From NCBI RefSeq assembly GCF_988242995.1, contig NZ_OZ547043.1: a stretch of 64,000 nt of DNA. One strand, written 5' to 3'. The position numbers and the translations under genes were made by a program. Below are positions 1-9,050 of this stretch, piece by piece; the stretch's first letter is position 1, and each line of letters opens with the position of its first letter. Below the pieces are notes generated by a model. It was not told where the DNA came from, did not search any database, and worked only from the letters and a program-made list of their open reading frames with translations.

Positions 1-32
1 TAAATGTGGTGATCATGGTTAGTCGTGCTCAA
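1..32 (-). CDS. gntK: gluconokinase, N-terminal fragment (gene continues off the window edge)
   Basis: Reverse complement of 1-32 reads TTG AGC ACG ACT AAC CAT GAT CAC CAC ATT = (M)STTNHDHHI, matching the remembered GntK N-terminus; lies downstream of gntR as in the gntR-gntK-gntU arrangement. Confidence 0.55.
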   Translation of the reverse strand, partial: MSTTNHDHHI

Positions 33-62
33 AGTGGTGCCCCCACAATACAAGAAATAAAA

Positions 63-92
63 ATGTTACGGGTAACTGTTATCGGTAACATT
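63..92 (-). promoter_or_regulatory. GntR operator-like palindromes in the gntK promoter region
   Basis: Two half-palindromes atgttacgggtaac / gttatcggtaacat seen directly between gntR stop and gntK start; resembles the ATGTTACCCGTAACAT-type GntR operator. Confidence 0.5.
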
Positions 93-170
93 GTCCGGCC
101 GGACAATATCAGAAGCAATATCCATCCGTGCCTTAAGTGTATAAGTGTGAGCTACTTCAAATTTGTGGGC

Positions 171-1166
171 TTAAATAGATCCGCCCGGTGACAAGGTGAA
201 ACCTAAATCTAACATTTTCGGTGTCACAGATTCGCCACGAATACGCGCCAGCAGGCGTTCAGCGCCAATACTGCCCATCCGCTCACGCGGCGTCAGTACG
301 CTCGCCAACCGTGGTTCCATCACCTGACCAATGTCATGACCATGGAAACCGGCAATCGCCATATCGTCAGGAACTTTCAACCCCAGACGCTGGCATTCAA
401 ACGCCGCGCCGACCGCCAGGTCATCATTAGTACAGAACACGCCATCCAGCTGCGGATATTCCCGCCTCGCCTGGCGAATCAGTTCAATACCGGAAGAGTA
501 AGAAGAAGATTGCTCAACCATCACGCTATACGGCACCAGGCCTGCATCCAGCATCGCCTGTTCGTATCCCTTCTGTTTGATGATAGTACGTTCGTCGAGA
601 CGTGCGCCGAGATAGGCAATGTGGCGATGCCCGCGAGCAATAATGGCGGTGGTCATCTGGCGTGCCGCTTCAAAGTTATCAAAACCGACGGCAATATCGA
701 GGCACGGCGACTTGCTGTCCATCAACTCCACCACCGGAATCCCCGCCACTTCAATCATCTTTAAGGTGCGTGGCGTGTGGGTACGTTCGGTGAGGATCAG
801 TCCATCGATATTCCATGAGAGCATTGATTCGAGGCGTTCTTGCTCCATTTCCGGTTTATAACCGTAGTGCGCCAGCATAGTTTGATAACCGTGCGCGTCG
901 GTGACGCTTTCGATTCCGCGTAATACTTCCGCGAAAACCTGGTTGGTGAGAGAAGGTAACAGGACGCCAATCGCCCGGCTGGTGGCATTAGAGAGGATAT
1001 CGGGCGCGCGATTGGGAATATAACCCAGTTCATCAAGAGCGGCGGCAATCTTGCCGCGTAGAGCGACGGAAACCTGCTCCGGGTTGCGTAAAAAACGGCT
1101 GACCGTCATTTTGGTCACGCCTACACGGTCAGCCACATCCTGAAGTACGGGTCTTTTCTTTTTCAT
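171..1166 (-). CDS. gntR: gluconate-responsive LacI-family transcriptional repressor
   Basis: 331 aa ORF; N-terminal LacI-type HTH (VTKMTVSRFL) and full-length match to remembered E. coli GntR; synteny with gntK. Confidence 0.93.
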   Translation of the reverse strand: MKKKRPVLQDVADRVGVTKMTVSRFLRNPEQVSVALRGKIAAALDELGYIPNRAPDILSNATSRAIGVLLPSLTNQVFAEVLRGIESVTDAHGYQTMLAHYGYKPEMEQERLESMLSWNIDGLILTERTHTPRTLKMIEVAGIPVVELMDSKSPCLDIAVGFDNFEAARQMTTAIIARGHRHIAYLGARLDERTIIKQKGYEQAMLDAGLVPYSVMVEQSSSYSSGIELIRQARREYPQLDGVFCTNDDLAVGAAFECQRLGLKVPDDMAIAGFHGHDIGQVMEPRLASVLTPRERMGSIGAERLLARIRGESVTPKMLDLGFTLSPGGSI

Positions 1167-1389
1167 CGTCCTGAAGGTACAAAAGAGATAGATTCTCTTA
1201 GTTTAACACGGACGCATCAGAACCTTCCCGGGGAAAACAGTGCTTGTTTACAATTATTAGATATACACTAAATCAATTGCATCGCATTGTGCTAACGACG
1301 CGGCAAAACCCCGGAAGCGTACATCAGCACGCGACCGGAGCGAGTGAGGAAGCCTGCAAAAAGGCAGGCTTCAAAGATGCCGTTGAGTT

Positions 1390-2085
1390 TTAAACCGGCG
1401 GCAGATCGAACAGTAACACTTCGCTGTCGCTATCCGCATGAATGGAGATTGCCTGCTCATCCCAGATTGCCAGACCATCGCTGGTCGAGGCTTTCACGCC
1501 GTTAATGGTGACATTGCCTTTCACCACCTGAATCCAGACGCGGCGTTCAGCGGCAATCTGATGCACCGACTGCTCATCTTTTACCAGCGCCCAGCGGTAC
1601 AGTTCCATATCCTGATACACTTTCAGCGAACCATCACGCGCATCCGGCGAGAGCACCAGCTGTTTGCCCTGTACGGCATCGAAGCGACGCTGTTCATAAC
1701 GCGGCGTAATACCGTTTTCTTCAGGCATGATCCAGATTTGATACAGATGCAGACGCTCGGTGCTGCTTGGGTTGTACTCTGAGTGACGAATACCCGTACC
1801 CGCACTCATAATCTGGAACTCACCCGCCGGAACCTGCTCTTTATTGCCCATGCTGTCCTGATGCTCAACAGTACCTTCCAGCACGTAGGTCAAAATTTCC
1901 ATATCTTTATGCGGGTGAGTGCCGAAGCCCTGCCCTGCTTCAATCACGTCGTCGTTAATCACGCGCAGCGCGGAGAAGCCCATAAAGTTCGGATCGTAAT
2001 AGTTGGCAAAAGAGAAAGTATGCCAGGAGTCCAGCCAGCCATGATTTGCATGACCACGTTCATTTGCTTTGCGTAAGTAGATCAT
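1390..2085 (-). CDS. yhhW: pirin-like quercetin 2,3-dioxygenase
   Basis: 231 aa ORF with cupin/pirin His motifs (GFGTHPHKDMEI); matches remembered YhhW. Confidence 0.9.
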   Translation of the reverse strand: MIYLRKANERGHANHGWLDSWHTFSFANYYDPNFMGFSALRVINDDVIEAGQGFGTHPHKDMEILTYVLEGTVEHQDSMGNKEQVPAGEFQIMSAGTGIRHSEYNPSSTERLHLYQIWIMPEENGITPRYEQRRFDAVQGKQLVLSPDARDGSLKVYQDMELYRWALVKDEQSVHQIAAERRVWIQVVKGNVTINGVKASTSDGLAIWDEQAISIHADSDSEVLLFDLPPV

Positions 2086-2207
2086 TTTTATTCGCCCCCT
2101 GAATGATTTCGATGGGCTTAGTGTGGACCCGATCCGCCTGGGATGATAGAGGGTGAAAATTGACCCCTCTGTTCAAAAAAATTGAACTATTCGAGGGGCC
2201 ATAAAAC

Positions 2208-3245
2208 TTACTTCGCGAGAGTCACTGTGGAGGGAGAGGCTTGCTCAAATCCTCGTTCAAGGATTTCCAGATTGGTAAGAACTTCAGATTCCTTGACGTA
2301 ATTTGGCGCACCGTTGGTGATGGTTTGATACAACGCATCATAAACGCGCCCGTAATCGCCCATCTCCGGCTTCATCTCTTCTCTGACCGTCACACCCTCG
2401 TCATTGACATACTCCAGCACACCGACCGAATCATCCGCTGCGAATCCCGGTTCGCCCGGCATAATATTAGCCTTGAGGCTGGTTTCCTGCTGGTCGATAC
2501 CGTATTTAATAAACGAACCTTTCTTACCGTGAACGATAAATTTCGGATAATCGATTTTCACCAGATGGCTGGTTTTGACGATGGCTTTCAGGTCGCCATA
2601 AAACAGCTGCGCTTCAAAGGTGTCGTCAGGATTGGCTTTATTACGCAGGCTGCGGATGTCATAAGCGACGTGATCCGGGCGACCGAACAGAGAAATAATC
2701 TGGTCCATCGTATGCACACCAAGACCATAGAACGCGCCATCCTGCGGCAGCCCAGGTTTGGTTTCTGCCACCGGGCGGTAATAGTCAAAATGGCTTTCCA
2801 CTTCGACAATCTCTCCCAACTTGCCACTTTCAATCGCTTTTTTCGCTGTCAGGAAGCAGGAATCAAAACGACGATTCTGATACGGCGTGACGGTCAGTCC
2901 TTTGCTTTTCGCCAGCGCAAACAGCTCCTTCGCCTGGGCAAGCGTCGGGGTGAACGGTTTTTCGACCAGCACATTTTTCCCGGCTTCCAGCGCGCGCTTC
3001 GCGTACTCGAAGTGGCTGTCTGCATGGGTGCAGACCACAACCAGCTTAACATCGGGATCGTTTAGTACTTCGTCGAGATCGCTGGTGAAATGGATATGAG
3101 AGTAAATGGGGGCCTGTTCTTCCGGCTTCGCATGGCGGCGAAAAATATGCGCGACATGCCAGCTATCCTTGCGGTTAAGTACATACGGCAGATGGTAACG
3201 GGTGGTGCTTTTGCCGAAGCCAATAAAGGCGCAGTTGATGACCAT
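2208..3245 (-). CDS. yhhX: Gfo/Idh/MocA-family NAD(P)-dependent oxidoreductase
   Basis: 345 aa ORF, N-terminal Rossmann motif (IGFGKS), matches remembered YhhX. Confidence 0.9.
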   Translation of the reverse strand: MVINCAFIGFGKSTTRYHLPYVLNRKDSWHVAHIFRRHAKPEEQAPIYSHIHFTSDLDEVLNDPDVKLVVVCTHADSHFEYAKRALEAGKNVLVEKPFTPTLAQAKELFALAKSKGLTVTPYQNRRFDSCFLTAKKAIESGKLGEIVEVESHFDYYRPVAETKPGLPQDGAFYGLGVHTMDQIISLFGRPDHVAYDIRSLRNKANPDDTFEAQLFYGDLKAIVKTSHLVKIDYPKFIVHGKKGSFIKYGIDQQETSLKANIMPGEPGFAADDSVGVLEYVNDEGVTVREEMKPEMGDYGRVYDALYQTITNGAPNYVKESEVLTNLEILERGFEQASPSTVTLAK

Positions 3246-3367
3246 GATTTCGTCCTTTTTAAGGTGATTATTTACACCTTAGCGCAAAGCGGACGTGGTT
3301 CCTACTGGAGTGCGCATAACGAACACAAGCACTTCCCGTGGATAAATTGAAAACGAAAGATCAAAAA

Positions 3368-3457
3368 AAAAGCCAGCACCCGGCTGGCTAAGTAATACTG
3401 GAAGCAATGTGAGCAATGTCGTGCTTTCAGGTTCTCCGCGAGGGTCTTCCTGATCGC
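3368..3457 (-). ncRNA. ryhB: RyhB iron-sparing small RNA
   Basis: Plus strand carries the reverse complement of the RyhB sequence (gcgagggtcttcctgatcgc ... aaaaagccagcacccggctggc) ending in a Rho-independent terminator hairpin plus U-run; located between yhhX and yhhY as in K-12; ends approximate. Confidence 0.85.
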
Positions 3458-3495
3458 AAGACAATAATAATCATTCTCATTCGCACTTGTCCAAC
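3458..3495 (-). promoter_or_regulatory. ryhB promoter with Fur box
   Basis: Minus-strand sequence GAGAATGATTATTATTGTC immediately upstream of the RyhB 5' end resembles the 19-bp Fur consensus GATAATGATAATCATTATC. Confidence 0.6.
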
Positions 3496-3579
3496 ACTTT
3501 TTGCAAAAAAAATGCATTTGACTCGCATTTGAAAGTCAATGATGTTGAAAGGGACATTTACCCCAAAGAGGACAAAGGA

Positions 3580-4068
3580 ATGAGTGAGATAGTGATACGC
3601 CATGCTGAAACGCGCGATTACGAGGCCATCAGGCAGATTCACGCCCAGCCGGAGGTGTATTGCAACACGCTACAGGTGCCTCATCCTTCCGATCATATGT
3701 GGCAGGAGCGACTCGCCGATCGTCCCGGCATCAAGCAACTCGTCGCCTGTATTGATGGAGACGTCGTGGGCCATCTCACCATTGACGTGCAACAGCGCCC
3801 ACGCCGCAGTCATGTTGCAGATTTTGGTATTTGTGTCGACTCCCGTTGGAAGAATCGCGGCGTCGCCAGCGCCCTGATGCGAGAGATGATTGAAATGTGC
3901 GACAACTGGTTGCGGGTAGATCGTATTGAGCTAACGGTGTTCATCGATAACGCGCCAGCAATTAAGGTCTATAAAAAATTTGGATTTGAGATTGAAGGGA
4001 CTGGCAAGAAGTACGCATTACGTAATGGTGAATATGTCGATGCGTATTATATGGCGCGGGTGAAGTAA
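3580..4068 (+). CDS. yhhY: GNAT-family N-acetyltransferase
   Basis: Internal ATG of ORF 3487-4068 gives 162 aa starting MSEIVIRHAETRDY; GNAT motifs (RWKNRGVASALM); matches remembered YhhY. Confidence 0.88.
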   Translation: MSEIVIRHAETRDYEAIRQIHAQPEVYCNTLQVPHPSDHMWQERLADRPGIKQLVACIDGDVVGHLTIDVQQRPRRSHVADFGICVDSRWKNRGVASALMREMIEMCDNWLRVDRIELTVFIDNAPAIKVYKKFGFEIEGTGKKYALRNGEYVDAYYMARVK

Positions 4069-4303
4069 GATAGTGCCCTTTTTCTGAGATGGAAAAAGGG
4101 TGTCATTCAAAATCGGCATACCTTCCTTTAATGTATTTATTTTCCCAATAAATATATAAGATTTACCTCATAATTACGTCCTAAAGTGTAATATTTTATT
4201 TTTTAATATATACGCCTACAATTTCCTGGAGTAAATAAATAACAATTAACAAGCATAATAGTGCCATTGATAAAATAGCATGCCATAAAAGGACTTTTCA
4301 TGG

Positions 4304-5482
4304 ATGAGTAATATTGTTTACCTGACAGTAACGGGAGAACAACAAGGAAGCATCTCCGCAGGTTGTGGGACTTCTGAGTCTACAGGTAATCGCTGGCAGA
4401 GCGGGCATGAGGATGAAATATTTACATTCTCATTCTTAAATAGTATTACTAATACGGGGCTTGGTTCACAGTTCCATGGTATAACATTTTGTAAATTAAT
4501 TGATAAAAGCACTCCATTATTTATTAATTCCATTAACAATAATGAACAATTATTTATGGAATTTGACTTCTATCGAATAAATAGATTTGGTAGATGGGAA
4601 AAGTATTATTATATACAACTAAGAGGCGCTTTTTTATCGGCTATTCATCATCAGATCATTGAAAATCAACTGGATACAGAAACATTAACTGTTAGTTATG
4701 AATTTATCCTCTGTCAACATCTTATCGCAAATACCGAGTTCAGCTATTTGGCACTCCCTGAAAATTATAACTGTTTGTTTTTACCAAATTCAAAAAACCA
4801 AACAAATAATCGTTTCAAAACGTTAAACAGCAAAGCTATTGGCAGGCTACTTGCTGCTGGTGGCGTATACAATGGGAACATTGAAGGATTCAGAGATACT
4901 GCGGAAAAACTGGGTGGAGATGCAATAAAAGGCTATGATCAAATACTAAATGAAAAAACAGCGGGCATAGCGATAGCAACAGCATCTATTCTTTTAACAA
5001 AGCGTTCTAATGTTGATACATATACAGAAATAAATAGTTACTTAGGCAAACTTAGAGGTCAACAAAAACTTCTTGATGGTATAGACATAATAGAAACAAT
5101 ATACATTAAGAGACCTTCAAAAGACTTAGCTAACTTACGAAAGGAGTTTAATAAAACTGTAAGAAAAAATTTTCTTATCAAACTTGCAAAAACCTCCGAA
5201 GCATCTGAAAGATTCAACGCCGAAGACCTTTTAAGAATGAGAAAGGGCAATGTTCCTCTAAATTATAATGTTCACCATAAACTATCTCTAGATGATGGTG
5301 GTACTAATGATTTCGAAAATTTAGTATTAATCGAAAACGAACCATATCATAAAGTTTTTACTAACATGCAATCACGAATAGCTAAGGGAGTATTAGTAGG
5401 TGAAAGCAAAATCACTCCCTGGGCCATTCCATCTGGCTCAATTTATCCTCCCATGAAAAATATTATGGAACCCACAAAATGA
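4304..5482 (+). CDS. yhhZ: Hcp-like protein fused to a C-terminal HNH/colicin-DNase-type nuclease domain (polymorphic toxin)
   Basis: 392 aa; N-terminal Hcp-like segments (FTF, IDKSTP, FYR); C-terminal HNH motif VHHKLSLDDGGTNDFENLVLIENEPYHKVF resembling colicin E9 DNase; AT-rich. Confidence 0.85.
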   Translation: MSNIVYLTVTGEQQGSISAGCGTSESTGNRWQSGHEDEIFTFSFLNSITNTGLGSQFHGITFCKLIDKSTPLFINSINNNEQLFMEFDFYRINRFGRWEKYYYIQLRGAFLSAIHHQIIENQLDTETLTVSYEFILCQHLIANTEFSYLALPENYNCLFLPNSKNQTNNRFKTLNSKAIGRLLAAGGVYNGNIEGFRDTAEKLGGDAIKGYDQILNEKTAGIAIATASILLTKRSNVDTYTEINSYLGKLRGQQKLLDGIDIIETIYIKRPSKDLANLRKEFNKTVRKNFLIKLAKTSEASERFNAEDLLRMRKGNVPLNYNVHHKLSLDDGGTNDFENLVLIENEPYHKVFTNMQSRIAKGVLVGESKITPWAIPSGSIYPPMKNIMEPTK

Positions 5483-5973
5483 TGACTAAAACCCAAATAA
5501 ATAAATTAAAAAAAATGATGAATGATTTAGACTATCCATTTGAAGCACCGCTCAAGGAATCATTTATTGAAAGTATAATCCAAATAGAATTTAATTCTAA
5601 TTCAACTAATTGCCTGGAGAAATTATGTAATGAAGTTAGTATTCTTTTTAATAATCAACCTGATTATCTTAATTTTTTAAGAGCAATGGATGGATTCGAA
5701 GTTAATGGATTACGATTATTTAGCCTCTCGATTCCAGAACCTTCAGTTAAAAACCTTTTTACCGTAAATGAATTTTATAGAAATAATGATGATTTCATAA
5801 ACCCTGATCTACAAGAACGGTTAGTGATCGGGGATGATAGCATTTCAATATTTACTTATGACATTAAAAGTAACTTTTTTGAAATTAGAGATAATATTGG
5901 CACCGAAAATATATTCAGTTCGTTTAGTGATTTCTCTTCATTCTTAAACGAAATCATGGACAGTTGTTCATAA
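5479..5973 (+). CDS. yrhA: putative cognate immunity protein of the YhhZ nuclease toxin
   Basis: 164 aa ORF whose ATG overlaps the yhhZ stop (ATGA); AT-rich; position matches K-12 yrhA, but here uninterrupted. Confidence 0.7.
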   Translation: MMTKTQINKLKKMMNDLDYPFEAPLKESFIESIIQIEFNSNSTNCLEKLCNEVSILFNNQPDYLNFLRAMDGFEVNGLRLFSLSIPEPSVKNLFTVNEFYRNNDDFINPDLQERLVIGDDSISIFTYDIKSNFFEIRDNIGTENIFSSFSDFSSFLNEIMDSCS

Positions 5974-6422
5974 TAATCAAAAGGTAACAAAAATCATTGT
6001 AAACCATGCCATCTTTTTAGAGATTACCAGCAGAAAATTCCTTGTTCGAAACTTAGCAATGCAAGCTATGGAAAAACTTACAACGGAACTACACTCCTTA
6101 AGTGAGATGGACCGAAGACATGTAATCTCTATTTTAGCCGAAATAGCTAATGGCTATGATGATTTTAGTGACATGTTGATTTAGTTAGAATTTCACCCGA
6201 ATCATAAGATTCTGATATCTTAAATAAGAAAATCCCGTTCGACGTTCTGAAAAAGAAATCACAAAATATTAGCAGATACTTATTTCGTGACTGTATATTA
6301 TCCGATGAACTTTTTTCAAAACCAGCATTTAATAATATCTTTGACGAAGATGAACGCGTCTTTTCTCAAAGTATAACGCAAGAATAATAATATAACGATC
6401 AACAATAATATTTATTATAATT

Positions 6423-6707
6423 ATGATTACTTATCACGACGCATTCGCGAAAGCGAACCATTACCTTGATGATGCAGATCTCCCTGCCGTCATCACTCTG
6501 CATGGACGTTTTAGCCAGGGCTGGTATTTCTGTTTCGAATCACAAGAATTTCTTGAATCTGGAGATGAGGCCGCGCGTTTAGCCGGTAACGCACCTTTTA
6601 TTATTGATAAAGACAGTGGTGAAATTCATTCCCTTGGAACGGCAAAGCCGCTGGAAGAATATCTACAGGTTTATGAAATAAAAAAGGCTACCTTCGGCTT
6701 GCCCTGA
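6423..6707 (+). CDS. yrhB: small heat-stable chaperone-like protein
   Basis: 94 aa ORF at the position of K-12 yrhB upstream of ggt. Confidence 0.75.
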   Translation: MITYHDAFAKANHYLDDADLPAVITLHGRFSQGWYFCFESQEFLESGDEAARLAGNAPFIIDKDSGEIHSLGTAKPLEEYLQVYEIKKATFGLP

Positions 6708-6744
6708 CAATACGGCCCTCTTCCCACGAAGAGGGCCGCTAACC

Positions 6745-8490
6745 TTAATAACCCGCCGTTAAATCATCCACCGAGCGCGGATCGGATGCGCCGTACAACT
6801 CGCCGTCCGGCCCAACCATAATGCTTTGTGTACTACCCATCGCCTCTTTCAGCGCCACTTTCTGACCTTTTGCTTCCAGCAGCTTGAGCGTATCCGGGCT
6901 AAACCCTTTTTCGACACGCAGCTCGTCCGGCAACCACTGATGGTGGAAACGCGGTGCATTGGTCGCTTCGGCGACATTCATACCATAATCGATGCTGTTC
7001 ACCACCATTTGCAGCACGGTAGTGATGATCCGGCTACCGCCTGGGCTACCAGTCACTAACCAGGTTTTACCGTCTTTCACCACAATGGTTGGGGACATCG
7101 ACGACAGCGGGCGTTTATTCGGCCCGACCGCGTTGGCGTCACCACCCACCAGCCCGTAAACGTTCGGTACGCCAGGTTTGGCGGAGAAATCATCCATCTG
7201 GTTATTAAGCAGAATACCGCTCTCGCCCGCGACAATGCCCGTCCCGAAGGTGGTGTTCAGCGTATAGGTCACCGCTACCGCGTTGCCGTCTTTATCCACC
7301 ACTGAGTAATGGGTAGTTTGATTACTCTCATAAGGCGCAAGCTTGCCGGGGCGAATTTCGCTGGATGGCTTCGCTTTATTGATATCGATTTGATCGGCAA
7401 TAGATTTGGCATAGGCTTTATTGGTCAGCGCCTGCCACGGAACTTTGACAAAATCCGGGTCGCCAAGATATTCCGAGCGGTCGGCGTAGGCATATTTCTC
7501 AGCTTCTGCCATGATTTGCATCGCGTCGGCGCTGCCAAAGCCGTATTTCTTCATATCGAAGTTTTCCAGAATATTGAGGATTTGTACGATATGGATCCCG
7601 CCGGAAGATGGCGGTGGCATGGAGTAAACCTGATACCCGCGATAATCGCCGCTAATCGGTGTACGTTCGACCGCTTTATACGCCGCTAAATCTTCTTTAG
7701 TGATCAAGCCACCGTTTTTCTGCATCTCCTGAGCGATCTGCTCCGCTATTGTGCCTTTGTAGAATTCGTCCGGGCCGTTTTCGGCAATCATCTCCAGGCT
7801 CTTTGCCAGGTTCGCCTGCACCAGCTTGTCGCCCTTTTTCAGCGGCGCGCCCTCTTTCCAGAAGATAGCCTTGCTGTTTTCGTGATTCGGCAACACTTCG
7901 CTACCGTAGGTTTTGAGATCGTCAGCCAGCGCGTCATTAACGATAAAACCATCGCGTGCCAGTTTAAACGCCGGCTGCACCACTTTATTTAACGGCATGG
8001 TGCCGTACTTCTCCAGCGCCAGCGAGAAACCTGCGACCGTACCTGGCGTACCGGAGGCCAGATGCGAAGTGAGTGATTTTTTGCTGTCCGGGTTGCCCTG
8101 GTCATCGAGGAACATATCGCGGGTCGCTTTGGCGGGTGCCATTTCGCGGAAATCGATAGCGGTGGTATTGCCATTTTTCGAGCGGATCAGCATAAAACCA
8201 CCACCGCCCAGATTCCCTGCCTGCGGATGCGTTACCGCCAGCGCGTAGCCCACCGCCACGGCGGCATCAACGGCATTCCCGCCCTCCTTTAGAATATCTA
8301 CCCCCACCTGAGTGGCAGTAGCATCTACAGACGCCACCATCCCCTGTTTCGCGCGTACCGGATGAAAGACATCTTCCTCCACGCCGTAAGAAACAGGAGA
8401 CGGCGCAGGTGGCGCGGCTACCGTACTAAAACAACTTCCTGTGAACAGAGCAGCAATGGCCACCCGGCGTAAAAACGTCGGTTTTATCAT
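6745..8490 (-). CDS. ggt: gamma-glutamyltranspeptidase
   Basis: Start refined to MIKPTFLRR (signal peptide) within ORF 6745-8517; 581 aa; conserved catalytic Thr region (NQTTHYSVVD) and GGG motifs. Confidence 0.95.
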   Translation of the reverse strand: MIKPTFLRRVAIAALFTGSCFSTVAAPPAPSPVSYGVEEDVFHPVRAKQGMVASVDATATQVGVDILKEGGNAVDAAVAVGYALAVTHPQAGNLGGGGFMLIRSKNGNTTAIDFREMAPAKATRDMFLDDQGNPDSKKSLTSHLASGTPGTVAGFSLALEKYGTMPLNKVVQPAFKLARDGFIVNDALADDLKTYGSEVLPNHENSKAIFWKEGAPLKKGDKLVQANLAKSLEMIAENGPDEFYKGTIAEQIAQEMQKNGGLITKEDLAAYKAVERTPISGDYRGYQVYSMPPPSSGGIHIVQILNILENFDMKKYGFGSADAMQIMAEAEKYAYADRSEYLGDPDFVKVPWQALTNKAYAKSIADQIDINKAKPSSEIRPGKLAPYESNQTTHYSVVDKDGNAVAVTYTLNTTFGTGIVAGESGILLNNQMDDFSAKPGVPNVYGLVGGDANAVGPNKRPLSSMSPTIVVKDGKTWLVTGSPGGSRIITTVLQMVVNSIDYGMNVAEATNAPRFHHQWLPDELRVEKGFSPDTLKLLEAKGQKVALKEAMGSTQSIMVGPDGELYGASDPRSVDDLTAGY

Positions 8491-8609
8491 CGTTATTCTC
8501 CAGAGATTAAGGGGCAACCCCAGCTAAGCCTGGTATATAACTCTGAATTAATCATCGTTTTGCCGGGAAGCGAGTAAACTTAAAGGATATCTTCAGAGGA
8601 GGATACGCG

Positions 8610-9050
8610 ATGAAACGACTTCTGATTCTTACGGCACTCCTGCCGTTTGTCGGCTTTGCACAGCCCATTAATACTCTGAACAACCCCAACCAGCCGGGAT
8701 ATCAGATCCCCAGTCAGCAGCGGATGCAAACCCAAATGCAAACGCAGCAAATCCAGCAAAAAGGGATGCTGAATCAGCAACTGAAAACGCAAACTCAGTT
8801 GCAACAGCAGCATTTAGAAAACCAGATCAACAATAATTCTCAGCGGGTGTTGCAGTCACAGCCGGGGGAGCGAAATCCCGCCCGGCAGCAAATGCTGCCC
8901 AACACCAACGGCGGGATGTTAAACAGCAACCGTAATCCGGATAGTTCGTTGAATCAGCAGCATATGCTGCCGGAGAGGAGAAACGGCGACATGCTGAATC
9001 AGCCCAGCACGCCGCAGCCTGACATTCCGTTGAAAACTATTGGGCCGTAA
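8610..9050 (+). CDS. yhhA: secreted Gln-rich low-complexity protein
   Basis: 146 aa; N-terminal signal peptide ([17 protein letters not shown]) followed by Q-rich repeats ([12 protein letters not shown]); good SD (GGAGGA) upstream. Confidence 0.8.

Noticed and set aside
6-191. 61-aa plus-strand ORF at the window start
   Set aside because: Overlaps the gntK start and gntR 3' end on the opposite strand; no SD, no recognisable domain.
336-764. Antisense ORFs inside well-supported genes (for example 336-764 in gntR, 2241-3065 in yhhX, 11694-12251 in ugpA, 13048-13593 in ugpB, 17713-18396 in livH, 24696-25322 in ftsY, 48464-49213 in rbbA)
   Set aside because: Each lies opposite a full-length conserved CDS; compositionally they are mirror frames of GC-rich coding DNA, with no motifs or ribosome-binding sites.
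8610-9050. yhhA as a non-coding repeat region
   Set aside because: Continuous frame with signal peptide and strong SD; repeats are at codon level, so it is kept as a CDS.
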